Source: an uncultured archaeon
GTDB taxonomy: Archaea > Aenigmatarchaeota > Aenigmatarchaeia > QMZS01
Assembly: GCA_964562245.1 (NCBI GenBank)
Contig: CAZLSF010000001.1
Coordinates: 1-45,902, forward strand
Length of the DNA: 45,902 nt
Direction: 5' to 3'
Positions within the stretch are counted from its first letter, which is position 1. Each line of letters begins with the position of its first letter. Under the pieces are notes generated by a model, which was not told the DNA's origin, made no database searches, and worked only from the letters and a program-made list of their open reading frames with translations. Below are positions 1-8,278 of this stretch, in pieces. Both the position numbers and the translations under genes were made by a program.

Positions 1-28
1 GATATTCTAAATATTTTTAAAGTTCTTC

Positions 29-316
29 TTATTGCAATGTCATGATTATGATTATCTGGTGTTTCCTGAATTCTTTTAAAAATTCAATTTTATAAGGATT
101 GGTTCGTAAATATCTATAATATCCTGTAGTGTACACAAGCTCAAGTGCCGGAATTTTTGGAAAATGATTTTCTCCAAATTCCCATGCGATTCTCCAATTA
201 TTTTGACCAAATTGATTATCCTGGTTAGAATATAATTTATCACTCCTCTTTCCGAAATACCCCAGTCTTTCAATAGTTTCCCACAGCACAATTAATGCAA
301 ACTTATAATTCATCAT
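29..316 (-). CDS. hypothetical protein (95 aa)
   Basis: ATG-initiated ORF (MMNYKF...). Composition is non-repetitive and rich in aromatic residues. I recognise no family motif. Confidence 0.4.
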   Translation of the reverse strand: MMNYKFALIVLWETIERLGYFGKRSDKLYSNQDNQFGQNNWRIAWEFGENHFPKIPALELVYTTGYYRYLRTNPYKIEFLKEFRKHQIIIIMTLQ

Positions 317-386
317 CTATAAGTAAACTAATTTAATCAAAATTTACTGAAAAGTACTTAGATTGTATAGATAAATTGCAAAGGGA

Positions 387-1568
387 TTAATCTCCAAATA
401 TCTTACTCCAAAATCCTTTTTTCTCCTTTTTCTTTGATTCTGCTTCAATCTTCTTATTATAATCATCAATTTTCTTTTCTGCAATTTCTGCGGCTTTTTT
501 GTTGTTTCCCACGCCAACTGTAAGTCCGACACCAACGATTATCACTTTCTTTTTCACTTCTTTCATGCTTCTCCATACTGCTTCATCAACAAGAGGTAGA
601 GCTTCTTTAATCTCTTTTTTCATTGGCATTAATGCCTGTTCAGATTTCATTTTAACTATAACTCCGTCAACAGGAATATTTTTATTTGTGAGGAAAGTCT
701 CTGCAAAGAATCTTTCTGCTCCTCTTGGACCCATTGCAAATCCAACCCCTTCCGCAACTGATCCTGTTTTCTCGCTTTCAAGAGCCCCGCTTGCATCTAT
801 TGTGATTATTTTATCTATTTTGTTCTTTGCAACAATTTTCTTGATTGCTTCATCAATATTTCCAAGGTTTGCCCCGGGACCATCAGCTTTTAAAATAAAG
901 ATTTCTTTTCCTTTAATTTTTTTCTTTGCGACAACAGTACCTTCTGTGATCTCTTCAGTTTTTGAATCGCCGATTATATTTGCGGCGTAAAGTGGACCTA
1001 TGCAGTCTCCAACAGGAATATTATTTATCAGGGCAGGAATAGAACTATATAATGCTTTCATCTCTTTGTCAATAAAAGGAAGTTGCATTTGAAGTATCAT
1101 TCCTATTTGGAAATTTTTTGTTTGTTTTACAAGTTCAATATAGTGTTTTATAATTTTTGTTACTTGGTACAAACCAATTGTGTGTGTTATACTTGCGGAT
1201 AAATTTTTCCTGTATTCTTTTGAAAATCCTTCGGTTATATCATCAACAAATAACTCAAGTTTTTTGTCGTGCCTGTTTGTAATGTACCTGATTTTCTTTG
1301 CAATGCCATTTGGGTCTATAGTATCCGGTTCAACAACAAAAGTTTCCATTACCCTGTCTATACTGGCTTTTAGCTGTTTATTTGTAAGTTTTGTTTTTTT
1401 ATCTATTTTTTTAAGTATTATCTTCTGAGCTTTTGTGGTCATTTCCTCATAACTTGCGGCTTTTGAATTTAATAGTGAAAGAATCTGGTATAGCATGATT
1501 TTTGGGAAAAAGAACATTAATACAATAAAAAGCACGAAACTAATTATGTCAAATACACCACCGAACAT
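387..1568 (-). CDS. conserved archaeal membrane-anchored protein, DUF1512-like
   Basis: 393-aa ORF with an N-terminal TM helix (IISFVLFIVLMFFFP). The soluble body carries GPGANLG and GVGFAMGPRGAE glycine motifs and ends in a K/E-rich tail. The layout recalls the archaeal DUF1512 family; this is from memory and not verified. Confidence 0.55.
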   Translation of the reverse strand: MFGGVFDIISFVLFIVLMFFFPKIMLYQILSLLNSKAASYEEMTTKAQKIILKKIDKKTKLTNKQLKASIDRVMETFVVEPDTIDPNGIAKKIRYITNRHDKKLELFVDDITEGFSKEYRKNLSASITHTIGLYQVTKIIKHYIELVKQTKNFQIGMILQMQLPFIDKEMKALYSSIPALINNIPVGDCIGPLYAANIIGDSKTEEITEGTVVAKKKIKGKEIFILKADGPGANLGNIDEAIKKIVAKNKIDKIITIDASGALESEKTGSVAEGVGFAMGPRGAERFFAETFLTNKNIPVDGVIVKMKSEQALMPMKKEIKEALPLVDEAVWRSMKEVKKKVIIVGVGLTVGVGNNKKAAEIAEKKIDDYNKKIEAESKKKEKKGFWSKIFGD

Positions 1569-1621
1569 TATATTATTTGATTAAATTAAATATAGTTCAA
1601 TTTTATTATTTTTACTTTAGA

Positions 1622-2245
1622 TTACTCTTTTGTTTCAGGTTTAATTTCGGATTTTTTCTTTTCTGTCTTGGATTTTTCAACAACTTTTGTTTCCAATTTA
1701 TCTTTATCTTTTGTTTCAACTTTCTTTACTTCAATTTTTTCTTCTGTTTTGGTATCGACCTTTTCTTCTGTTTTGGTATCGACCTTATTTTCTTTTATAT
1801 TAGGTTTTACTCCTTTTTTAACTTCTGTTTCGACTTTTGTTTTGGGTACAACTGCTTTTTTCCCTGTTCTTTCTTTAAGAATTACCTCAAGATGCGCGGC
1901 TTTTATTCTTGAACCTATATTTCTTTTGTGCCTTCTCCTATGCATGTGTGTTCCTTCCAAAGGAGCTATGTGCAAAATATACATATTTTTAGTATCAAGA
2001 TTCTTAAACTCTGCATTCTTTTCAGCAGATAGAATTATATTAAGGATTTCTCTTGTTGTTTTAGGGTAATATCGACCCCCAATGTTCTTTTTTGATTTCA
2101 AAACATCTTCAAGGAACTGTTTTGCCACAGGCAATCCAAGACCTCTTACTGATTTACACACAGGTTTGGCGTTTTTAACCGATATTCTTAGGTTATTTGA
2201 ATAGGCTTTTGCCACATTATCCCCCTCAACTTTTCTGCTATACAT
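1622..2245 (-). CDS. rpl22: 50S ribosomal protein uL22 (L22P/L17e) with long K/E/T-rich C-terminal extension
   Basis: The N-terminal ~130 aa match the uL22 pattern (AKAYSNNLRISVKNAKPVCKSVRG...; HIAPLEGTHMHRRRHKRNIGSRIKAAHLEVIL). It lies immediately downstream of uS19, as in the S10 operon. The tail is ~75 aa of KVDTKTEE-type low complexity. Confidence 0.9.
   Translation of the reverse strand: MYSRKVEGDNVAKAYSNNLRISVKNAKPVCKSVRGLGLPVAKQFLEDVLKSKKNIGGRYYPKTTREILNIILSAEKNAEFKNLDTKNMYILHIAPLEGTHMHRRRHKRNIGSRIKAAHLEVILKERTGKKAVVPKTKVETEVKKGVKPNIKENKVDTKTEEKVDTKTEEKIEVKKVETKDKDKLETKVVEKSKTEKKKSEIKPETKE
1741..1788. repeat. 24-bp tandem duplication (2 copies) inside the uL22 tail
   Basis: cttctgttttggtatcgacctttt is followed directly by cttctgttttggtatcgaccttat. 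On the minus strand this encodes EEKVDTKT twice. Confidence 0.9.
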
Positions 2246-2247
2246 AA

Positions 2248-2634
2248 TTATTTCTTAGAAGCGCTAAACTTTGTTCCCTTTGAAGCGCCTATACCAGCGG
2301 AACCGTGTTTAAGTGGTTTCCTTGTCAATGCAAATTCTCCAAGCCGGTGTCCCACAGATTCTTCAACAATATCAACTGCAACAAATTCTTTTCCATTATG
2401 AATTCCAATCTTGTGTCCAACCATTTCAGGCAAAATTATCATACTTCTGCAATGGGTTTTAATAAATTTTCTCCCTTTTTGTTCTTTAAATTTATCTAAA
2501 GTGATTAATAACTTGTTTTCTTCTTCAGGAAGACCTCTCCTAAATTTCCTTCTTATTTTAGAAGGCAATAACTCTATAAATTCCTCCCTTGAGAGTTCTT
2601 TTGGCTTTTTTCCCCTATAAATAAAGTCTGCCAT
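2248..2634 (-). CDS. rps19: 30S ribosomal protein uS19 (S19P/S15e)
   Basis: 128 aa. Motifs: [11 protein letters not shown]..., [33 protein letters not shown]..., [13 protein letters not shown]. The stop lies 3 nt before the uL22 start. Confidence 0.95.
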   Translation of the reverse strand: MADFIYRGKKPKELSREEFIELLPSKIRRKFRRGLPEEENKLLITLDKFKEQKGRKFIKTHCRSMIILPEMVGHKIGIHNGKEFVAVDIVEESVGHRLGEFALTRKPLKHGSAGIGASKGTKFSASKK

Positions 2635-2698
2635 AATTAAGAATAAAAATTAAATAGTTATTAAATTGCTGATATTTTAATTATTTGGAATCTTATGT

Positions 2699-4486
2699 AT
2701 GAATCTAAAAAAATTACAGGAATTTCTCGGTTCTGGCGGGGATTTGGTTGAATTACCAGACTATTTTTCAATTATTGTGAATGAAAGAAAGTTTGAGTTT
2801 AGAAGAACTCCTAAGAAAGCTCAAAAATTGCTAAAATACCCAAGAGAAAAGTTAATGGAAGAAATAAAATGGCCCCAGAATGTGGGAACCTATGATATAG
2901 GAGATGTTGCAAACCCTGTTATGTTAATCTGCCCGTCGCAAGACAGGGAATTGCAAGAACATGCAATTTATGCAGGAGTGTGCGCAACAGGACCCTGTTT
3001 AACCCCAAGGGGAGTCGAACTCCTGATAACAAATACAATCTCAAACCCAAATATAAGATTTTTGATTCTTGCTGGAAGAGATTCAGGGCATTTAACTGGG
3101 GATTTAATTGAAAATTTAATATTGAACGGAGTTGATGAAAATAGAAAGGTAATAGGCACAAAGTGTCCGTCGTTCCCTTACCTGCCAAACCTGAGTTTAG
3201 AAGCAATAAACAAATTCAGGGAACAATTAGAGGTTATAAATTTGATTGGTGTTTTTGATCCCACTTTGATAACTCTGATAATAAGACTTTGCTTGCAGGA
3301 ACCAAGTAATGCTTATGAATTAACCTATGAAGAAAAAGTTTCACCTCTATTTAAGCAAATCAAGAACCCAAAGAAAATTACTCATACTTTATTTGATAAA
3401 GGAACTGAAAACAAAGAACCTATGGTGTTGTCTTATTCTTTAGTGGACTTGCAGTCCCTGCCTTATGAAGCATTTTCAACAACAGGAACCACGGTTTACG
3501 CTTCCACAGTCGAGGAAGCGCATAGAATACTTGTTGACTTTTTAAAAAGAGCCGGGGTGTGGGTAAAACAAGAAAGCAATAGGATGGGTCTGGATGTAAT
3601 AGCAACAACAATTGTTGTGGAAAATCTTGAGCAGGGTCTTTATCCAAAAAATTACAAACCTGTGGAATGGGTTGATTCTGATGAAAAAATGAAACAATAT
3701 TTAAAGGCTTACGGTGTGTGGAATTATTTAGTTCCATGGAGCAATGTTGTGTTTGATGAAAGTCTTGATAAAACAGTTCCTTCTATTCCTGACATGAAAT
3801 ATCTTTCTTATTCTTATGGAACCAGGATTACCGCAAAGGGAATGGATTCATGCAAAAAAGAAGAGAAAGAAGGAATCATAAAATTAGTGAAATCTTTTCA
3901 GGAAAAGTATTATGAAAAAGTTCCTGACTTTAAATCAATTCTTAATTTTTACCATGATTTAAAAGAGATTCAAAAACAAAGTTTTAATCAATTGCTGGCA
4001 GTTACCAAAGCAGGCTCCATTATTATTAAAGATAATATTACCGGGACTTACAGGCCTTATTTACAATTGCACGTTGCGGATGATTTAAGACCTATTGACC
4101 CGAGAAAAATGCATAATCCTTGTTATTGTATGTTTGTTCCTTTTTTCAGGAAAACTTATTATAGGGAATATAATAAAGATGGAGTTACACGCAGATTTTT
4201 AGTTCCTTCTTTAAATGGTGAAAAAGAAAAAGATTTAAAGTATGATTGGTTGTTTATGCCTTCAGCTTATTTAAGGGCTCATGACTGGTTTGCTTTTCCA
4301 GCGAATGTCCACGGATCTTTAGCCATGGGGAACTTTATATTGCAGTACCTTGAAAAAGAAACAGGGAAAAAAATTCCATGGGGTTGTTATTCACATCATG
4401 CTTCATCATTGCATCTTGTTGATTATTCTCTTGATAAAGACCTGATTGAAAAACTTAACAGGACTTTGCCTTCAGATAAAAATTGA
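2699..4486 (+). CDS. fusion protein: N-terminal MtrA-like (tetrahydromethanopterin methyltransferase subunit A / DUF4346-like) domain plus C-terminal thymidylate-synthase-like domain
   Basis: The N-terminal part aligns by eye with MtrA: WPQNVGTYDIGD..PVMLI...ATGPCLTPRGVELLITNTISNPNIRFLILAGRDSGHLTGD...NGVD. The C-terminal part carries ThyA core motifs: YSYGTRI, NPCYCMFVPFFR (the catalytic-Cys position of PCHxxxQFYV), YLRAHDWFAFPANVHG (RSxDxxLGxPFN) and SSLHLVDY (THLYxNH). Confidence 0.65.
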   Translation: MNLKKLQEFLGSGGDLVELPDYFSIIVNERKFEFRRTPKKAQKLLKYPREKLMEEIKWPQNVGTYDIGDVANPVMLICPSQDRELQEHAIYAGVCATGPCLTPRGVELLITNTISNPNIRFLILAGRDSGHLTGDLIENLILNGVDENRKVIGTKCPSFPYLPNLSLEAINKFREQLEVINLIGVFDPTLITLIIRLCLQEPSNAYELTYEEKVSPLFKQIKNPKKITHTLFDKGTENKEPMVLSYSLVDLQSLPYEAFSTTGTTVYASTVEEAHRILVDFLKRAGVWVKQESNRMGLDVIATTIVVENLEQGLYPKNYKPVEWVDSDEKMKQYLKAYGVWNYLVPWSNVVFDESLDKTVPSIPDMKYLSYSYGTRITAKGMDSCKKEEKEGIIKLVKSFQEKYYEKVPDFKSILNFYHDLKEIQKQSFNQLLAVTKAGSIIIKDNITGTYRPYLQLHVADDLRPIDPRKMHNPCYCMFVPFFRKTYYREYNKDGVTRRFLVPSLNGEKEKDLKYDWLFMPSAYLRAHDWFAFPANVHGSLAMGNFILQYLEKETGKKIPWGCYSHHASSLHLVDYSLDKDLIEKLNRTLPSDKN

Positions 4487-4753
4487 GAAAAACAAGAAGA
4501 ATATGAATAAAGCAAGCAGGGCGGTTAATGCAGTTCTTGCACTTCCAACTACAAATTTGCTGAGAAAATATACTAATGGGGTTAAGACCATAAATGCAAT
4601 TATAACACCCGAAGGACCGCCAACAGTAATTCCATACGCAAGGGAATTGATGAGTTGTATAAATAATGAAAAAACTGTGACAATGGTTGTAATTGTATTT
4701 GATAAGATTACATAAAAAATCTGGAATAGAATGGACAATGGCGAGTTTACCAT
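4472..4753 (-). CDS. small hydrophobic membrane protein (93 aa), hypothetical
   Basis: ATG start and 2-3 predicted TM helices. It converges on the previous gene and overlaps it by 15 nt. I prefer it over the + strand ORF 4446..4715, which mostly overlaps it and looks less protein-like. Confidence 0.45.
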   Translation of the reverse strand: MVNSPLSILFQIFYVILSNTITTIVTVFSLFIQLINSLAYGITVGGPSGVIIAFMVLTPLVYFLSKFVVGSARTALTALLALFIFFLFFSIFI

Positions 4754-5232
4754 ATATTATTTATTTCTTAATGAGTTATATAAAATTTTATACTTCTCCC
4801 AATTGTTTATATTGTTTTGAATAAACTTAAATACAAGTAAGACTGAAGTTTATATTATATCAAGGAAGAATACAACTATGAGAAACTCGTTTAAATGGAA
4901 AATAACTATGATAATGTTTGTTAAAAATATATTTTTTATCTGAAGCAATACTATTTGAGAAATAATTCTAAGTCCGGGTTTTCTGCGGATAAAGAGGGTT
5001 TAAATGGAAAGTGAAATAGAGAAAAGAAGAGAAGACAGATTGTGGTATAAACTACGTTAATGTCGGGCACAATCTATTAAACCTATATACAGGTTAGTTC
5101 TACCCACAACCCTATAGATAAAACAATTAATATCAATAAACAAATAACCCAAGTTTGATTTTCTTTTCCAAAATTACAGTTTAAGATATTAGTATTAATT
5201 AATCTTTGCAAAAGCCTCGTAATTTCTGATAA

Positions 5233-6492
5233 TTATTTTATAACATCCTTCCCAACAAAATCTCTCAAAACTTTTGGAACAATTATTGAACCGTCTTCCT
5301 GTTGGTAATTTTCAAGGATGCATGCAATTGTTCTCTCTGTTGCAATCGCTGTTGAATTTAATGTATGAACTAATTCTTTGTTTCCCCCATGTTTTCCGAA
5401 TTTCACATTCAACTTTGCTGTCTGAAAATTAGTACAGTTTGAACATGATCCAAGTTCTCTATATTTTTTCTGCGCAGGAAACCATGCTTCCAAATCATAT
5501 TTCTTTGCAGCATTATCATTTAATTCCCCGCTTGCAATATTCACAACCCTGTAAGGCAATTCCAAAGCCTGATAAATTTCCTCTGTGTTTTTAATTAATT
5601 CCTCGAAAATATTCCAGCTGTCTTTTGGATTGCAGAAAACAAACTGTTCAATTTTGTCAAACTGGTGAACCCTGAAAATTCCTTTTGTATCCTTCCCATG
5701 GCTACCGGCTTCTTTCCTGAAACATGTTGAAAATCCCGCATATTTTAGTGGAAGAACTTCCTCCTCCAGAACTTCTCCTGAATGAAGTGAAGCAATTGAC
5801 TGCTCACTTGTTGCAATTAAATAAGAATCTTCGCCTTCAAGTTTATAAAGTGTTTCCTCAAAATCAGCAAGTTCCGCAGCGGCTTTCATATATTTCTTGT
5901 TTATAAAGAAAGGCGTTAATATAGGAATAAACCCTTTTTTAATAAGTCTCTTGATCCCAAAATCAATTAAAGCAAGATTTAACAAAACCAAATCACCTTT
6001 AAGAAAATAAGTTCTTGCTCCTGAGATTTTTGCCGCTCTCTCAAGTTCTGCAAATCTTTCAACAAGTTCAGCGTGCCCTTTTGGTGTAAAATCAAATTCC
6101 TTAAGTTCGCCAAAAGTCCTGACTATTATATTATCCTCTTCTGTTGGGGCAACAGGAACACTTTGGTCAAGAATATTCCCAATTTTATATCTGTAATTTT
6201 CCCTTTCTTCTTTCAAGAACTGAACTTCCCGTTCCAGTTTAGAAATTTCATCATCTATTTTGCTTGCATTAATTATTAAATCTTCTGTTTCTTTTTTTTC
6301 TCTTTTTAACTTGCCTATTTCTTCTGAAATTTTGTTTTTTTTGTGTTTTAATTTCTGGATTTCCTCTAATTTCTCCCTCCATCTTCTATCATATTCGATT
6401 ACTTTATCTACAACAGAAACATCCTTAAATCTGTTTTTTTCGCTTTTTTTTATCAATTCTGAGTTTTCCCTGAATAATTTAATATCTAACAT
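5233..6492 (-). CDS. serS: seryl-tRNA synthetase
   Basis: 419 aa. N-terminal coiled-coil arm (MLDIKLFREN...). Class II core motifs: FRKEAGSHGKDTKGIFRVHQFDKIEQF and GSCSNCTNFQ...TLNSTAIATERTI. Confidence 0.95.
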   Translation of the reverse strand: MLDIKLFRENSELIKKSEKNRFKDVSVVDKVIEYDRRWREKLEEIQKLKHKKNKISEEIGKLKREKKETEDLIINASKIDDEISKLEREVQFLKEERENYRYKIGNILDQSVPVAPTEEDNIIVRTFGELKEFDFTPKGHAELVERFAELERAAKISGARTYFLKGDLVLLNLALIDFGIKRLIKKGFIPILTPFFINKKYMKAAAELADFEETLYKLEGEDSYLIATSEQSIASLHSGEVLEEEVLPLKYAGFSTCFRKEAGSHGKDTKGIFRVHQFDKIEQFVFCNPKDSWNIFEELIKNTEEIYQALELPYRVVNIASGELNDNAAKKYDLEAWFPAQKKYRELGSCSNCTNFQTAKLNVKFGKHGGNKELVHTLNSTAIATERTIACILENYQQEDGSIIVPKVLRDFVGKDVIK

Positions 6493-6552
6493 AATTAAAT
6501 AATTTTAAAAACAATTTAAACAAAAACTGCTAAAATCCTTTAAATAATACAA

Positions 6553-7242
6553 TTAAGAAGTTTGGGTGGTATTTATTTCAGACAGAACTTGTTCCAATAA
6601 AGTAATATTTTCAATTATATATTCCACATTTAATTCTTCAGCTTCTCTTTTATTTAAATGACCGGATAATACGACGATTGGAATCAGACCAGCTGCTTGA
6701 GCCATAATAACATCGCCTTTAGCATCACCAACAAGCACTGCTTCGTGTGGTTTGATATTTTGAGTTTTCAAAATTTGTTCAACCATGTAAGGATGAGGTT
6801 TTTGTTTCTCAACATCATCAATATCATAAGAAGATATTATTTGTTTGAAAATATCTGGAAAATCAAATTTAGGTATTACTTTATTCTTAAGAACCTCTGG
6901 ATTAAGGCCCGTTGCAATACATAAGATATAATTTTTTGATAACTTTTTTAATAATTCTATTGTTCCCGGAATCATGCTTAAACTATCTATGAAAGTATTT
7001 CCAAATAATTTAGATTCATAAATTTTACAGGCTTTGTCAAGTAGTTCAGGATACTCTTTAAGAAGTTCTCGCAATTCCTCACGATGAGATTTACTCCACT
7101 TCGCCATAATCCTATTTCTCTCTTCCTTTGGATCTAAATATATATTTAAATCAGCCAAAGTTTCGTGGTAGCACTTAAAATATCCTTCTTTTGACCCTAA
7201 AGTTAATACATCGTCCCAATCGAAAACTATTAGTTTAATCAT
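6553..7242 (-). CDS. HAD-superfamily hydrolase (subfamily IA-like phosphatase)
   Basis: Motif I is IVFDWDDVLT (DxDxV). Motif II is IATG. Motif III Lys lies in KQKPHP. Motif IV is VGDAKGD. Confidence 0.85.
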   Translation of the reverse strand: MIKLIVFDWDDVLTLGSKEGYFKCYHETLADLNIYLDPKEERNRIMAKWSKSHREELRELLKEYPELLDKACKIYESKLFGNTFIDSLSMIPGTIELLKKLSKNYILCIATGLNPEVLKNKVIPKFDFPDIFKQIISSYDIDDVEKQKPHPYMVEQILKTQNIKPHEAVLVGDAKGDVIMAQAAGLIPIVVLSGHLNKREAEELNVEYIIENITLLEQVLSEINTTQTS

Positions 7243-7267
7243 AAGAATATATTAAAATTAATTCTAA

Positions 7268-7579
7268 AATATTAATATTGTATCTTACAAGATCTCAATT
7301 GTAGTATCCCAAAATAATTTCACCCCCAAAATACCTAAAATTGACTTAATATTTGCAAGAATCAAACATCCTCAAACAAACGGAAAGATTGAAAAATGGT
7401 TCGATATTTATCAGAAACACAGATGCAGGTTTAACAGGTTAGAAGACTTTATTAACTGGTACAACAACAAGAAACCTCACATGAGTCTTAGATTCAATAA
7501 AGCAGAGACACCTTCAGAAGCATTTATCAGAAAGATAAAAACAGAGGTCTGGTTGGGTTTTGTGAAGCATTGGTTTTAA
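7268..7579 (+). pseudogene. C-terminal remnant of a DDE (rve/integrase-core) IS transposase
   Basis: Open frame with no start codon, encoding ...IFARIKHPQTNGKIEKWFDIYQKHRCRFNRLEDFINWYNNKKPHMSL.... HPQTNGKxE(K/R)(W/F) followed by YN..RPH is the signature end of the rve domain. The whole N-terminal and catalytic DD part is missing. Confidence 0.75.
7285..7299. repeat. 15-bp direct repeat, copy 1 (ttacaagatctcaat)
   Basis: An identical 15-mer recurs at 7636-7650. The two copies bracket the transposase remnant. The repeat contains the palindrome agatct. Confidence 0.85.
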
Positions 7580-7635
7580 TATGAAGAGAGTAAAATATAT
7601 TATAGAAAAGGGTGAAATAAAAACGGGATATCACA

Positions 7636-7650
7636 TTACAAGATCTCAAT
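7636..7650. repeat. 15-bp direct repeat, copy 2 (ttacaagatctcaat)
   Basis: Identical to 7285-7299. Confidence 0.85.
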
Positions 7651-7657
7651 CCAATAG

Positions 7658-8278
7658 TTAATTATATTTCCTTTTTAAATACCCGTAAAATACCTCTCTC
7701 TTAACAAGTGTATCAAATAAGTTATCTTCTATTAACTCCTTATATAAACTCATATCCTGTTTATCATATTCACCTCTCACAAAATAAGGCGTATCTGAAT
7801 CAGTGTAAATTCTGCAAATATCATAATCTTTAAGATTTGGGGCATATTCTTCAATAATTTTCCTGAAGTTTCTCTCAAGAAATTCTCTCGCGGCTATCTC
7901 ATGCTTGCATTTTCCCGGAACCCTACAAATTCCCTTGCTATAAAGTATATAATTGCAACTATGAGCGGAATTATTTATAGGTTCTAAAATATTTCTGGTC
8001 TGATCTGGATTATCAACTCTTTCCAGTTTAAACATCACATCATAATTCATAAAGTTTCCGCTTTCTGAAGGAACTTTTAATACAATATCTAGAGTGCTCC
8101 CGTTTTCACAGTCTCCCCCAACCCAAGTGATTTTTATTTTATTATTTTCAAGGAATTGTTCTGCTTTCGCAATATACCAAGGGTCTCCAAATAAATCCAC
8201 CTCTTCTCTTCTGATTCCAAAATGTTTCCATGAATTATATAAATCTCTTCTCCACCTCACAGCTCTATCGTGTTTCAT
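7658..8278 (-). CDS. hypothetical protein (206 aa) with SWIM-like Cys/His cluster
   Basis: ATG ORF. The segment CNYILYSKGICRVPGKCKHE gives C-x9-C-x5-C-x-H, which is loosely SWIM-zinc-finger-like. I recognise nothing else. Confidence 0.5.
   Translation of the reverse strand: MKHDRAVRWRRDLYNSWKHFGIRREEVDLFGDPWYIAKAEQFLENNKIKITWVGGDCENGSTLDIVLKVPSESGNFMNYDVMFKLERVDNPDQTRNILEPINNSAHSCNYILYSKGICRVPGKCKHEIAAREFLERNFRKIIEEYAPNLKDYDICRIYTDSDTPYFVRGEYDKQDMSLYKELIEDNLFDTLVKREVFYGYLKRKYN

Noticed and set aside
499-2069. + strand ORFs 499..990, 1180..1428, 1577..1912 and 1668..2069, which are antisense to the DUF1512-like and uL22 genes.
   Set aside because: They are low-complexity F/S/L-rich translations, typical of the reverse strand of K/E-rich AT-rich genes. 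The opposite strand encodes recognisable conserved proteins. The same reasoning applies to the other antisense track ORFs inside serS, the PIN-ATPase, leuS, the helicase, CDC48 and csp.
4446-4715. + strand ORF of 89 aa overlapping the end of the ThyA-like gene and the minus-strand membrane ORF.
   Set aside because: It begins inside the 595-aa gene. The minus-strand alternative has clearer TM-helix character. Only one of the two can reasonably be real.
4970-5045. Possible miniature RNase P RNA. aagtccggg resembles the CR-I/P4 5' strand (GGAAAGUCCGGG), and acagattgtgg loosely resembles CR-V (ACAGAAnnnGGCUUA).
   Set aside because: The two motifs are only ~60 nt apart. No downstream ccgg(a)cuu-type strand exists to form helix P4, and the other conserved regions are absent. 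I kept it only as a generic candidate structured RNA.
7285-7650. Possible CRISPR or other array suggested by the repeated 15-mer.
   Set aside because: There are only two copies, 351 bp apart, enclosing a transposase fragment. There is no regular spacing or further repeats, and I saw no CRISPR-like array anywhere in the window.
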